DNA from: Clostridia bacterium
GTDB lineage: Bacteria > Bacillota > Clostridia > UMGS1810
Assembly (NCBI GenBank): GCA_045633845.1
Contig: JAZQZC010000036.1
Coordinates: 2,004-66,003, forward strand
Reading direction: 5' to 3'
Length of the DNA stretch: 64,000 bases
In this document: positions 37,317 to 47,793 of the stretch, piece after piece
Layout: every line of letters begins with the position of its first letter
Position numbering within the stretch: position 1 is the stretch's first letter
Translations under genes and position numbers: made by a program
Notes under the pieces: generated by a model
Seen by the model: the letters and a program-made list of their open reading frames with translations, nothing else
Database searches by the model: none
Told to the model about the DNA's origin: nothing

Positions 37317-38288
37317 ATGGAAAATACAATTTACAAATTAATACTTGCGGCAGTTGTTGCATTTGCAATAGCGGTAGTTGCGACACCAATTTTTATACCT
37401 GTGCTTCACCGACTCAAATTTGGTCAGGAAATCAGAGAAATAGGGCCCAAATGGCATCAAAAAAAGAGCGGCACACCAACAATGGGCGGCATTATATTTA
37501 TAATTCCCGTAATTGTGTGTTCAATACTTTTTGTACGTAATCTCACAGGGCTGTGCCTTGTGCTTTTTGGTTTGTCATTTGGCATAATAGGCTTTATAGA
37601 CGACTATATCAAGGTTGTCAAAAAACGAAATCTCGGGCTTACCGAAAAGCAAAAATTTTTACTTCAGCTCGGGGCAAGCATAATATTTTTGCTTGCGGCA
37701 ATGAGGCTTGATATTGTTACAACCGAGGTTGTAATACCTTTTGCAAAAATTACAGTTGATTTTGGCTTTGTTTACATACCATTTGCTTTGTTTGTGCTTT
37801 TGGGTACCACCAACGCAGTAAATTTAACAGACGGAATTGACGGACTTGCATCATCTGTTACGGTTGTTGTGAGCGTTGTTTTTGCAATTGTTGCATATTT
37901 TTCGGGTAATATTGCTGTTACCGAATATGCCATCATTGTTGCGGCAGGATGCTTTGGCTTCTTTTTGTTTAACAAATGCCCCGCAAAGATTTTTATGGGC
38001 GATACGGGTTCGCTGTTCCTCGGCGGCTCGGTATGCGGGATGGCACTTGTGCTTGGTCAGCCCATACTTCTTGTAATTGTCGGCGGAGTGTATGTGCTTG
38101 AAACCTTGTCGGTTATTTTGCAGGTTGCATCATTTAAGCTGACAGGCAAAAGAATTTTTAAAATGTCACCAATTCATCACCACTTTGAAATGTGCGGATG
38201 GAGCGAAAACAAAATTGTAACAGTGGCTGTAACGGCATCTGTTATTCTTGGTATTATTGCCGTGTTGGGAGGAGTTAACATTGGCTGA
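37317..38288 (+). CDS. mraY: Phospho-N-acetylmuramoyl-pentapeptide transferase
   Basis: KxGTPTMGG, NAVNLTDGIDGLA, MGDTGSLFLGG, and PIHHHFE. Confidence 0.95.
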   Translation: MENTIYKLILAAVVAFAIAVVATPIFIPVLHRLKFGQEIREIGPKWHQKKSGTPTMGGIIFIIPVIVCSILFVRNLTGLCLVLFGLSFGIIGFIDDYIKVVKKRNLGLTEKQKFLLQLGASIIFLLAAMRLDIVTTEVVIPFAKITVDFGFVYIPFALFVLLGTTNAVNLTDGIDGLASSVTVVVSVVFAIVAYFSGNIAVTEYAIIVAAGCFGFFLFNKCPAKIFMGDTGSLFLGGSVCGMALVLGQPILLVIVGGVYVLETLSVILQVASFKLTGKRIFKMSPIHHHFEMCGWSENKIVTVAVTASVILGIIAVLGGVNIG

Positions 38289-39426
38289 GCGAACACGCAG
38301 AACAACAGAGACAAAAAGTAAAAGACGAAAAAATCGTGATGTTAATTATACATTTTTTGTAATGGTAATTGCACTTTTGGCGTTTGGGCTTATTATGGTG
38401 TTTTCCGCATCAAGTCCGCGAGGTCATTACAACTATTCCGATGCCCTGTACTTTGTAAAAAGGCAGGCTATATTTGCCGTAGTCGGATTTTTGCTTATGA
38501 GCTTTGTATCCAAAATATATTACAAGGTATGGTATAAGCTTACGTGGATTGTTGCGGGCATCACCCTTTTGATGCTTGCGGCAGTTGCGGTAATGGGCAC
38601 AACAGGCGGCGGTGCACAGCGCTGGCTTGCCATTGGTCCTATAACAATGCAACCCTCTGAGGTGGCAAAATTTGCGGTTGTTGTGCTTATGGCACGAATA
38701 CTTACTGATTACGGAAATGATATGTCATCATTTTTTAAGGGCTTTTGCCTTATGATGGTTGTACCTGTGGTATTTTGCGCAATTGTCCTGTTTGAAAAAC
38801 ACCTCAGCGGAGCGGTAATTATACTGCTTGTAGGTATAGTACTGGTGTTTGTTGCAGGTGCAAAAATAAAGCATTTGCTTATTTGCCTTGCTGCAATAGT
38901 TCCTCTTGGAGCAGTTGCGGTAATTATTGAGCCATACAGAGTAAAAAGAATACTGAGCTTTCTTGACCCGTTTGCGGATATCAAGGGCGACGGATATCAG
39001 ATTGTACAGTCACTTTACGCAATCGGCTCAGGCGGCTTGTTTGGAGTAGGCCTTGGTCAGAGCAGAGAAAAATATCTTTACCTGCCCGAGGCACATACAG
39101 ATTTTATATTTTCGGTAATATGCGAGGAGCTTGGATTTTTTGGCGCTTTGCTTGTAATAGTTATGTTTACAATTCTTGTTGTAACAGGCTTTAAAATTGC
39201 AATCAAATCACCCGACAAATTTTCTTCACTTCTTGTAACAGGATTAACGAGCCTTGTCGCAATGCAGGTGGTATTTAATATTGCCGTTGTTTCGTCAACA
39301 ATGCCTTGCACAGGTATTACACTTCCGTTTTTTAGCTACGGTGGCTCGTCGCTTATAATCAACCTTGTTGAAATGGGCGTAATACTAAATGTGTCAAGGT
39401 ATGTGAATAATCAAAATAAACTGTAA
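38281..39426 (+). CDS. ftsW: SEDS protein FtsW/SpoVE (peptidoglycan glycosyltransferase)
   Basis: 10-TM SEDS pattern with MVFSASS, QPSEVAKF, PEAHTDFIF and LPFFSYGGSS. Start proposed at TTG 38281 after GGAGG; the ORF opens at 38248, inside mraY. Confidence 0.88.
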   Translation: MAERTRRTTETKSKRRKNRDVNYTFFVMVIALLAFGLIMVFSASSPRGHYNYSDALYFVKRQAIFAVVGFLLMSFVSKIYYKVWYKLTWIVAGITLLMLAAVAVMGTTGGGAQRWLAIGPITMQPSEVAKFAVVVLMARILTDYGNDMSSFFKGFCLMMVVPVVFCAIVLFEKHLSGAVIILLVGIVLVFVAGAKIKHLLICLAAIVPLGAVAVIIEPYRVKRILSFLDPFADIKGDGYQIVQSLYAIGSGGLFGVGLGQSREKYLYLPEAHTDFIFSVICEELGFFGALLVIVMFTILVVTGFKIAIKSPDKFSSLLVTGLTSLVAMQVVFNIAVVSSTMPCTGITLPFFSYGGSSLIINLVEMGVILNVSRYVNNQNKL

Positions 39427-39438
39427 GGTGGTTATATA

Positions 39439-40539
39439 ATGAAAATTCTTTTGGCAGGAGGAGGCACCGCAGGACATATAAATCCTGCAATTGCCATAGC
39501 AAAATATGCAATTACCCAGGACAAAAACTGCGAAATTTTGTTTGTGGGCAAAGCAGGCGGTATGGAGTCACGTCTTGTACCTGCTGCAGGGTTTGATATT
39601 GAATATATCGAAATTGAGGGCTTAAAGCGCAAGCTTACCCTTTCCAACATCAAAACTGCGGTAAAGCTTGTTACCTCGGTGTCAAAATGCAAAAAAATAA
39701 TAAAGCGCTTTAAACCCGATGTGGTTGTGGGCACAGGCGGTTATGTGTGCGCTCCTGCGGTTATTGCAGCAAACAGCAAAAAAATCCCCACGCTTATACA
39801 TGAGCAGAATGTTTTTCCGGGCAGCGCAATAAAAATGCTGTCCAAAAAATCAACAGTTACCGCAATCAGCTTTGAAGAAAGCAAAAAATTTCTTTCGGGG
39901 GCAAAAAATGTTGTGTTTACAGGTAACCCCGTAAAGCCCGATATTACTCAGACAGACTACCAAAGCGCCCGCAAAGAGCTCAGCATTGGTGACGAAAAAT
40001 ACATAGTTGCATTTGGCGGAAGCCTTGGTGCAAAAAAAATAAACGATGTAATTACAGACTACATCAAAATAATAAACAACAAGCCTGACATAAGGCTTTG
40101 CTTTGCAACAGGCATCAACAATTACGACGGAGTTGTAGGTGAGCTTAAGCGCCAGGGCATAACCATAGGGGCTAATATCGAAATCCGTAAATACATAGAC
40201 AATATGAATGTTGTTATGAATGCGGCAGACCTTGTTATATGCCGCTCGGGTGCAATTACGCTCTCGGAGCTTTGTGTGCTTGGCAAGCCATCAATACTTG
40301 TGCCGTCGCCAAATGTTACAAACAACCATCAGGAATATAACGCCCTCGCTCTTCAAAGGGGCGGTGCGGCGGTTATGATAGCCGAGAGAGAATTTGATGC
40401 GCAAGTCTTGAATTTGCAAATAAACAAAATACTCTCCGACCAAAACGTTTACACAGATATGAGCATTTGCGCAAAAAAGCTTTCAAGCGCCGATGCAACC
40501 CAAATTATATACAACAAGCTAAAGCAAATTAAAAAATAA
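39439..40539 (+). CDS. murG: Undecaprenyldiphospho-muramoylpentapeptide beta-N-acetylglucosaminyltransferase
   Basis: GGGTAGHINPAIAIA, GTGGYV, and RSGAITLSEL. Confidence 0.95.
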   Translation: MKILLAGGGTAGHINPAIAIAKYAITQDKNCEILFVGKAGGMESRLVPAAGFDIEYIEIEGLKRKLTLSNIKTAVKLVTSVSKCKKIIKRFKPDVVVGTGGYVCAPAVIAANSKKIPTLIHEQNVFPGSAIKMLSKKSTVTAISFEESKKFLSGAKNVVFTGNPVKPDITQTDYQSARKELSIGDEKYIVAFGGSLGAKKINDVITDYIKIINNKPDIRLCFATGINNYDGVVGELKRQGITIGANIEIRKYIDNMNVVMNAADLVICRSGAITLSELCVLGKPSILVPSPNVTNNHQEYNALALQRGGAAVMIAEREFDAQVLNLQINKILSDQNVYTDMSICAKKLSSADATQIIYNKLKQIKK

Positions 40540-40742
40540 CCTTGCAAAAAATCGCTCAGCGATTTTGGATATACTCCGCAACCCCTCTACCACCTAATAT
40601 TTTATGCGGAGTAAATAACTCCATCACTGTCACACTAAGTGATGGAGTTAAATTTATAAATAATGTTTTAAAATATAGATGTGTAACTTTGAATATTTTT
40701 TCGGCATAATATGTAATTGACTACAATGTCGGAGGGATATTT

Positions 40743-41999
40743 ATGAATTCAATAAGAGTAGGGTCAAAAAACAAATTATATGGCGATGTAACCGTACAGG
40801 GTTGCAAAAATGCCGTACTTCCAATACTTGCAGCCGCTCTGTTGAATGAAAAGCTCAATGTAATACATAACTGCCCGATGCTGTCGGATGTAATAACAAC
40901 TCTTGATATTGTTAAAAGTCTCGGGGTAAATGCACAATTGTATGGCTCAACTGCAGTAATAGACAGCAAAAGCATAAAGGATTATTGTATTCCCGAGCAT
41001 ATGATGGGCAAACTGCGTTCGTCAATTATTTTGGCTGCACCTGTTTTGTCACGATGCAAAAAAGCACAATTTACCATGCCTGGGGGCTGCGAAATAGGCA
41101 CCCGCCCCATAGATATACATCTTGCCGCTTTTGAAAAAATGGGTGTTGATGTTGAGTGTAACGATGGCGTTGTAAGCTGTGACGCCAAAAACCTTCATGG
41201 CGCAGATATTCATCTGCCTGTTCCGTCGGTAGGAGCTACCGAAAATATAATGCTCCTTGCCTGCAGGGGCAGGGGAGTAACCACCATATACAACGCTGCC
41301 AGAGAGCCTGAAATATGCGATTTGGCGCAATTTTTAAACAATATGGGAGCAAGGGTTTTTGGTGCCGGTACCGATACCATTACAATATATGCGGTAAAAA
41401 GCCTTGGCGAGAGCGAATATACAGTAATGCCCGACAGAATAGAGGCAATAACATATGCCTGCGCCTGTGCATGCGCAGGGGGTATTGTAAATTTGCACAA
41501 TATCAATTATAATCATATTAACAGTGTTATGACAGTGCTTTGCAATATGGGTCTTAAGGTAGTTCCGTACTGCGACAAAATGACAGTATCGGCAAAATCA
41601 AAGCTTAAGTGTCCTCATTTTGTTTCCACAAGGCCGTACCCGGGATTTCCAACAGATGCACAGTCAATACTTATGTCTGTAATGAGTATGTCCGACGGCA
41701 GCGGAAAAATTGTGGAAAATATATTTGAAAACCGCTTAAAGCACGCATATGAGCTTGTCAAAATGGGTGCGGATATTGTGGTTGAGGATAACAGCGCAAT
41801 TGTAACAGGCAAAAGCTTAACAGGAGCAACAGTAGACGCCTGCGATTTGCGCAGCGGAGCCGCACTAGTTATTGCAGCGCTTGGCTGCGAGGGCGAAAGC
41901 ATTGTAAACAAATGCGAATATATAGACAGAGGTTACGAAAGCTTTGTGCCAAAGCTCAAAGCTCTGGGCGCAAATGTAGAAAGGATGAAAAACGAGTGA
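40743..41999 (+). CDS. murA: UDP-N-acetylglucosamine 1-carboxyvinyltransferase
   Basis: GSKNAVLPILAAALL, the catalytic-loop block PGGCEIGTRPID, and YPGFPTD. Confidence 0.95.
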   Translation: MNSIRVGSKNKLYGDVTVQGCKNAVLPILAAALLNEKLNVIHNCPMLSDVITTLDIVKSLGVNAQLYGSTAVIDSKSIKDYCIPEHMMGKLRSSIILAAPVLSRCKKAQFTMPGGCEIGTRPIDIHLAAFEKMGVDVECNDGVVSCDAKNLHGADIHLPVPSVGATENIMLLACRGRGVTTIYNAAREPEICDLAQFLNNMGARVFGAGTDTITIYAVKSLGESEYTVMPDRIEAITYACACACAGGIVNLHNINYNHINSVMTVLCNMGLKVVPYCDKMTVSAKSKLKCPHFVSTRPYPGFPTDAQSILMSVMSMSDGSGKIVENIFENRLKHAYELVKMGADIVVEDNSAIVTGKSLTGATVDACDLRSGAALVIAALGCEGESIVNKCEYIDRGYESFVPKLKALGANVERMKNE

Positions 42000-42742
42000 T
42001 AAACAAAGTAAAACAGTATATAAATAAATACTTCGGCACCAAAAAGCAACAGGGCATATTTGCTATACTTGTTTTGCTAATTGTTTTTGTTTCGCTTTTT
42101 ACGCCTATATATGAGATACAAAACATCGAGGTTCAAGGCAATACAACGGTAGATGCAAACACAATCATAAAAGCATCGGGAATAAAAATAGGTGAGAGCG
42201 TATTTAAGCTTGATGCCGCGTCGGCAAAAAAAGGTGTTTCAAAGGTTGCGTATATCGACACGGTTAAAATCAAAAGGCGCTTTCCCGATACTGTGGTAAT
42301 TGAGGTTACCCAGAGCACCGAGTGCGCATACATAAATTTTGTAGGCGGTTACGTGGGCATAGACGAAAAGGGCAAGGTGCTTAATGTAAAGCAAAAATTG
42401 ACTGATGTAACTAAACCCATTGTGTACGGAATAAGCATTTCAAATTTTGAAATAGGCAGCAATGTCACCATAGGTGATGAACAAAAAAGAAAAGTTCTTT
42501 TTGAAATGCTCGGTCAGATAAGGTCAAGCGGCATTGAAGAAAAAATTCAGTATATGGATATTAATGATTTTGACAATATTACATTTACTCTCAAAAACAA
42601 AATTTCGGTAAAGCTGGGCAACACCAACAGCCTTAAATACAAAATTGCATATCTTAAGTCTGTGCTTGATGAGCTTGGCGATACCACAGGGGGAGTTATT
42701 GACATTACCGACACCGAAAATGTTGTGTACAACGCAAATTAG
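41996..42742 (+). CDS. ftsQ: Cell-division protein FtsQ/DivIB (POTRA domain)
   Basis: TM segment IFAILVLLIVFV followed by the POTRA block IQNIEVQGNTTVDANTIIKASGIKIGESVF. Start proposed at GTG 41996, overlapping the murA stop (GTGA). Confidence 0.75.
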   Translation: MINKVKQYINKYFGTKKQQGIFAILVLLIVFVSLFTPIYEIQNIEVQGNTTVDANTIIKASGIKIGESVFKLDAASAKKGVSKVAYIDTVKIKRRFPDTVVIEVTQSTECAYINFVGGYVGIDEKGKVLNVKQKLTDVTKPIVYGISISNFEIGSNVTIGDEQKRKVLFEMLGQIRSSGIEEKIQYMDINDFDNITFTLKNKISVKLGNTNSLKYKIAYLKSVLDELGDTTGGVIDITDTENVVYNAN

Positions 42743-42921
42743 TGCCAAATACACAAAAAATGTGTATATAAATTAACAAATTGTAAAAATTTTAAAAAAA
42801 TGCTGGTAATATTGGAATTTGTGTGATATAATTAAAAAGTCTTAATATATCATAGCGTAAATATGCGCTTTTTCACTTATAGCAAAACAACTGATAAAAT
42901 AAAAAAACGGAGGAGAAAATT

Positions 42922-43986
42922 GTGTTGAATTTGGATATCGAAAAAGATTTGACCGCCAAAATGGTCGTTGTAGGTGTAGGCGGAGGCGGTAACAACGCCG
43001 TTAGCCGTATGATCAGTGAAGGTCTTGTTGGTGTTGAATTTGTAGCTATCAACACAGACAAACAGGCACTTTATAAAATCAATTCCGAAAAAGTAACCGC
43101 AAAAATTCAGATTGGCGAAAAGCTTACAAAAGGCCTTGGCGCAGGTGCAAACCCTGAGGTTGGCCAGAAAGCTGCCGAAGAAAGCAAGGAAGAAATCAAA
43201 AAAGCAATCCAGGATGCTGATATGATATTTATCACAGCAGGTATGGGCGGCGGTACAGGTACCGGCGCAGCTCCTATTGTTGCATCTATTGCAAAAGAGC
43301 TTGGCATACTCACTGTTGGTGTTGTTACAAAGCCCTTCTCATACGAGGGCAAAAAGAGAATGACAAGAGCTATCGAGGGTATTGGCAATCTTCAGGGCTA
43401 TGTAGATGCACTTATCGTAATCCCTAACGACAAGCTCGAGGATACCTGCATCGAGCAGACAAAGGTTCTTGATGCATACAAAATGGCAGACGGCGTTCTT
43501 AATCAGGGTGTTAAGGGTATTGCCGACCTTATTTCGAGCCCCGGTATCATCAATGTTGACTTTGCAGACGTTACCACAGTTATGCGTAATTCAGGTATTG
43601 CACATATGGGTATAGGCAGAGCTACAGGCGAAAACCGAACTGAAAGAGCAGTTAATATGGCTATCAACAGCCCGCTTCTCGAAACCTCTATTGTTGGTGC
43701 AACAAAGGTTGTTGTTAACGTAGCAGGTGGCTCCGACCTTACATTGTTTGAGGTTAACAAAGCAGGTGCTCTTATTCACGACCTTGTTGACGAGGATGCT
43801 GACATTATATTTGGTAACTCTATGGACGAGTCATTGGGTGACGAAATTGTTGTTACAATTATTGCCACAGGCTTTAACGGAAATGCTGCTCCTGCGCTGG
43901 ATTCAGCAGCGCAGCAGGACGAAAGCTTTCCAAAATCTGTATTTGATGAAGACGATGTTGAAATCCCTTCATTTCTTCGTAAATAA
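42922..43986 (+). CDS. ftsZ: Cell-division GTPase FtsZ
   Basis: [10 protein letters not shown], the tubulin signature [10 protein letters not shown], and NVDFADV. GTG start follows GGAGGAG. Confidence 0.96.
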   Translation: MLNLDIEKDLTAKMVVVGVGGGGNNAVSRMISEGLVGVEFVAINTDKQALYKINSEKVTAKIQIGEKLTKGLGAGANPEVGQKAAEESKEEIKKAIQDADMIFITAGMGGGTGTGAAPIVASIAKELGILTVGVVTKPFSYEGKKRMTRAIEGIGNLQGYVDALIVIPNDKLEDTCIEQTKVLDAYKMADGVLNQGVKGIADLISSPGIINVDFADVTTVMRNSGIAHMGIGRATGENRTERAVNMAINSPLLETSIVGATKVVVNVAGGSDLTLFEVNKAGALIHDLVDEDADIIFGNSMDESLGDEIVVTIIATGFNGNAAPALDSAAQQDESFPKSVFDEDDVEIPSFLRK

Positions 43987-44011
43987 TTGAGAAAGGCATA
44001 GGCGTATCAAT

Positions 44012-44464
44012 ATGAAATGTCCGTTTTGTGAATATACCGAAAGCAAGGTTATAGATTCAAGACCTGTTGACGAAGGCGCTTCTATCAGACGAAGAAGAGA
44101 GTGCCTCAAATGCGAAAAGAGATTTACCACATATGAGCAGATTGAGTCAGTTCCTCTTATTGTTATCAAAAAAGACGGCAAAAGAGAGGTGTTCAACAGA
44201 CAAAAGCTTATCAATGGTATTTTGCGTGCTTGTGAAAAAACACAGGTGAGCTACTCTCAGGTTGAAAACCTTGTAAGTGAAATCGAAAGCGGTATGCACA
44301 ACAGATTGGATAAAGAAATTCCCTCTACCGAAATAGGTGAGCTTGTTATGAACAAGCTCAAAACCATTGATGATATTGCATATGTTCGCTTTGCCTCTGT
44401 TTACAGAGAGTTTAAGGATGTAAATACATTCCTTGAAGAATTGAATAGGATATTGCGAAAATAA
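44012..44464 (+). CDS. nrdR: Transcriptional repressor NrdR
   Basis: [18 protein letters not shown]...[17 protein letters not shown] zinc ribbon plus an ATP-cone. Confidence 0.95.
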   Translation: MKCPFCEYTESKVIDSRPVDEGASIRRRRECLKCEKRFTTYEQIESVPLIVIKKDGKREVFNRQKLINGILRACEKTQVSYSQVENLVSEIESGMHNRLDKEIPSTEIGELVMNKLKTIDDIAYVRFASVYREFKDVNTFLEELNRILRK

Positions 44465-44511
44465 GTGAGGAATAAAGGGATGCCTTCGGGACATCCCTTT
44501 TTATATGTATT

Positions 44512-45495
44512 ATGTATATCGGAAACGTAAAACTAAATAACAATATATTTCTTGCACCAATGGCTGGTATTACCGATTTGCCTTTTCGACTTATGTGCAA
44601 AAAATATGGGGCAGGGCTTGTGTTTACCGAAATGGTAAGCTCCAAGGCTATGTTTTACGATGACAAAAAAACAATGAGCCTGATTGAAACAAACGAGCAG
44701 GAAAAGCCCTTTGCCGTTCAGATTTTTGGCAGTGACCCCGATATAATGGCAAAAACTGCCTACAAGGCACTGTCTACAGGGGCGTCAATAATAGATATAA
44801 ATATGGGCTGCCCTGCACCAAAGGTTGCCAACAACGGCGACGGCAGCGCACTGCTTGAGCAGCCGCAGCTTATCGGTAAAATTGTAAAAAGCGTGTCGTC
44901 GGCGGTGGATGTACCTGTAAGTTGCAAAATTCGCAGCGGCTTTAAACAGATTGCCGATGTTGAATACATTGCCAAAACCATTGAGCAAAATGGAGCGGCG
45001 GCAATAACAGTGCACCCACGCACACGTGAAATGTACTATTCGGGCACTGCAGACCGCAGTATAATAAAGCTTGTAAAACAAAGTGTGTCAATCCCTGTTA
45101 TAGGCAACGGCGACATTTTTGATGCTAAAAGTGCAAAGGATATGATAGATTATACAGGTTGTGACGCCGTAATGGTTGCCCGCGGTGCACAAGGCAATCC
45201 TTTTATATTCAGGCAGATAAACGAGCTTTTTCAAAATGGCAGGGTAGAGTATTACCCGTCAAACAGCCAAAAATTAGACGTTATGTGTGAGCATATAGAT
45301 ATGCTTGTAAAGCTCAAGGGCGAATACATCGGCGTTCGTGAGGCACGCAAGCACATTGCATGGTACATCAAGGGTATGAAGGACAGCGCCAAAATGCGTG
45401 AAAGCGTGTGCAGAATTTGCACATATGATGAACTGAAAAACAAAATAAAAGAGTATCGTGAAATGATAAAAAACGAGGGATCTGTAGCAAAATGA
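44512..45495 (+). CDS. dusB: tRNA-dihydrouridine synthase
   Basis: LAPMAGITDLPFR, DINMGCPAPKV, ITVHPRTR, and GNGDI. Confidence 0.9.
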   Translation: MYIGNVKLNNNIFLAPMAGITDLPFRLMCKKYGAGLVFTEMVSSKAMFYDDKKTMSLIETNEQEKPFAVQIFGSDPDIMAKTAYKALSTGASIIDINMGCPAPKVANNGDGSALLEQPQLIGKIVKSVSSAVDVPVSCKIRSGFKQIADVEYIAKTIEQNGAAAITVHPRTREMYYSGTADRSIIKLVKQSVSIPVIGNGDIFDAKSAKDMIDYTGCDAVMVARGAQGNPFIFRQINELFQNGRVEYYPSNSQKLDVMCEHIDMLVKLKGEYIGVREARKHIAWYIKGMKDSAKMRESVCRICTYDELKNKIKEYREMIKNEGSVAK

Positions 45496-45538
45496 TTTTT
45501 TCGGGACGTCCAGGAGGCCGTCCCCTACATATATTGCA

Positions 45539-45717
45539 GGTGACAGGGGGATGTTCGCATGACAACGGGGACATTCCTCGCAAGAGGTGCATAGGTGACA
45601 GTGGGGAAGTTCCTTTGCAAAAGGTGCGTCCCCATCTGTCACCGATTAATTTTTTGCCATTTGTTCGCACAACAAACGGGGACGCACCTTCTGCGAAGGA
45701 ACTTCCCCCACTGTCCC
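45539..45717. repeat. Family-1 palindromic repeat, locus 4 (alpha half + beta hairpin + linker + beta variant)
   Basis: GGTGACAGGGGGATGTTCGCATGACAACGGGGACATTCCTCGCAAGAGG...GGTGACAGTGGGGAAGTTCCTTTGCAAAAGGTGCGTCCCCATCTGTCACC...ACGGGGACGCACCTTCTGCGAAGGAACTTCCCCCACTGTC. It ends at the gatD stop codon. Confidence 0.9.
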
Positions 45718-46422
45718 TTACGGCATTGGCTCCCTATTAACTATATATTCGTTTGCTTTTGTTTCAAATTCGTCATCCAAAGGCAAAAGCTCAATATCCT
45801 CGCCGTATTTTTTTGTAAGGGCACATTTTATTATATAATCTGCAATTTCGGGGTTTTTGGGAAGCAGCGGGCCATACACATAAGTGCCTATAAGGTTGTT
45901 GTATATAATTCCTTCGCTTTGGTTTGACGGAAAAATCATATTGCCAAGAGTGTTATAGCCATCTGTATTTGTACTGCGGCTTTTGTTAATAAAACCGGTT
46001 ATTTTTGTTTTAAACAAATTGCTTTCGATTATTACGTCACTTGTTATTTTTTGACATTTGGTGGTTGTTGTATTCAAAATACCAATACCTTGTATTGCTT
46101 TTTCGCCAATTTCGCAATTTGTTCCAAGCATTTCGTAGCCGCTGCATATTGCAAGCACACATCCGTTTTTCTCTATATAATTTTTTAGCTCCTCTTTTTG
46201 CTCTGCAAGTCTTTGGCAAATGTCCTCCCAGTCTTTGTCAGAGCCACCGCCTATATACAAAATATCGGTATTTTCAAAATCTATTTTGTCGTCGCCGTAG
46301 TACTCTGTTACCTTTGATTCAATTTCTCTTTTTTTGAGTCGGTAGGTTAGAGCCATAATGTTGCCTTTGTCACCATAAAGGTTGAGTACATCGGGATATA
46401 AATGTGCAATTGTAATTTCCAT
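45718..46422 (-). CDS. gatD: Lipid II isoglutaminyl synthase, glutamine amidotransferase subunit (CobQ-like GATase)
   Basis: HLYPDVLNLYGDKGN, the block ICSGYEMLG containing the catalytic Cys, and its position directly downstream of murT. Confidence 0.88.
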   Translation of the reverse strand: MEITIAHLYPDVLNLYGDKGNIMALTYRLKKREIESKVTEYYGDDKIDFENTDILYIGGGSDKDWEDICQRLAEQKEELKNYIEKNGCVLAICSGYEMLGTNCEIGEKAIQGIGILNTTTTKCQKITSDVIIESNLFKTKITGFINKSRSTNTDGYNTLGNMIFPSNQSEGIIYNNLIGTYVYGPLLPKNPEIADYIIKCALTKKYGEDIELLPLDDEFETKANEYIVNREPMP

Positions 46423-46425
46423 TGT

Positions 46426-47772
46426 TTACTCCTCCTTTTGTTCAAGTGATTTGAGTACCTGTTGCGTTTTAAAAAGCTCTGTATAGTTAACAAGCACATA
46501 GCATACTTCGCCGCTTTGGGCTATAAGCTGCTTTAAGGTTTGTTCGTTGTTTTCTTTTGCCTGCACATCTTCAAAGCCTGCATATTTGAGCCGCAGTGCC
46601 AAATCGTATTTTCGCATACCGCCTGCAACAATTGTATTTACGTTTGCTTTTGTTAAGTTTTCCACGTCCATATCCCACATCCACGAAATATCGCATCCGT
46701 CAGAGGGGTTGTCGTTTATTGCAATAATCACATCCTTGCTCCGCTTGTCAGATGCAAGTGTTGCTATTGCCTGATTAAAGCCTGCAGGGTTTTTTGAAAG
46801 GTTGAGAATAACTGTTTTTCCGCCGATTGTAAATGCTTCCATTCTGCCAATTTGCGGCTTGTAATTGTTGTATACTTCGTTTATGCTGTGGGTAGGCAGA
46901 TTTGCGCTTTCGTATGCACAAAAGGATGCCAGTACATTATATATGTTGTAAAAACCGCGGTAATTGAGTGAAAGGTTTAATGCTGTGCCTCTGTAATTTA
47001 CATCAAAGGACATTCCGTTTTTGAGATTGATATTCACTGCGCCGTAATCGCAGTCAGGACGCTTAAAATCACATTTAGGACATTCAAAGCTGCCGAGCTG
47101 ACTGTAATGATAGTAGTTGTATTTAAGCTCTGCTCCGCATTTTGGGCAATTTCTGCCTTCTCTTGTTTCGGCAATATTGTTGCTGCTGCAATCCTGGTCA
47201 ATTCCGTAGTAAAGGCACTTTCTGTCTTTTCCGAGCTGCACGCACAAGGGGTCGTCGGCGTTGAGTATCAGTGTTGTGTCGGGCACTTTTTGGATTGCCT
47301 CATCAAGCAATGCGGCTGTCATTTCTGTTTCGCCGTAGCGGTCCATCTGGTCACGGAACAGATTTGTAACAATAATTTTGTGGGGCTTAACGTGGTTTAC
47401 AATGTGTCTGAGGCTCGCTTCATCACATTCTATTGCCGCATAATCACAATTGAGCCTTCCGCTGATTTTTGCTTTGCTTATAAAGCTGCACGCAACCCCG
47501 GGCAGCATATTTGCTCCCACATTGTTGCACACAACCCTGCTCCCTGCACATTCAAGCAGCTCGCAAAGCAGGTTGTTTGTTGTGGTTTTGCCGTTTGTTC
47601 CGCATACGGCAATTATTTCGTGCTTTATCTGATCTGATAGTCTTTTGAGTATCCCAGGCGAAATTTTGAGTGCAATTGTTCCGGGGCCTGACGAGCCTTT
47701 TTTGCCCATCATTTTGCTGATGCCAATGAGTGTTTTACATGCTATTATTGCTATTGAATCTCTTATATTCAC
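46426..47772 (-). CDS. murT: Lipid II isoglutaminyl synthase, Mur-ligase-like subunit
   Basis: Mur ligase P-loop CGTNGKTTT, a zinc ribbon CPKCGAELKY...CPKCDFKRP, and a DUF1727-like C-terminal domain. Start set at GTG 47772, 8 nt after AAAGGAG. Confidence 0.88.
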   Translation of the reverse strand: MNIRDSIAIIACKTLIGISKMMGKKGSSGPGTIALKISPGILKRLSDQIKHEIIAVCGTNGKTTTNNLLCELLECAGSRVVCNNVGANMLPGVACSFISKAKISGRLNCDYAAIECDEASLRHIVNHVKPHKIIVTNLFRDQMDRYGETEMTAALLDEAIQKVPDTTLILNADDPLCVQLGKDRKCLYYGIDQDCSSNNIAETREGRNCPKCGAELKYNYYHYSQLGSFECPKCDFKRPDCDYGAVNINLKNGMSFDVNYRGTALNLSLNYRGFYNIYNVLASFCAYESANLPTHSINEVYNNYKPQIGRMEAFTIGGKTVILNLSKNPAGFNQAIATLASDKRSKDVIIAINDNPSDGCDISWMWDMDVENLTKANVNTIVAGGMRKYDLALRLKYAGFEDVQAKENNEQTLKQLIAQSGEVCYVLVNYTELFKTQQVLKSLEQKEE

Positions 47773-47793
47773 CTTAACTGCTCCTTTCAAATA

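Noticed and set aside
40628-40641. The 14-nt string CTGTCACACTAAGT is identical to the right end of copy A plus its flank. It could be a solo terminus or an excision footprint.
   Set aside because: Given the number of possible k-mers, a single 14-mer match has a chance expectation on the order of 0.1 in this window. No second terminus or TA duplication lies nearby, and the string sits in the loop of a local hairpin.
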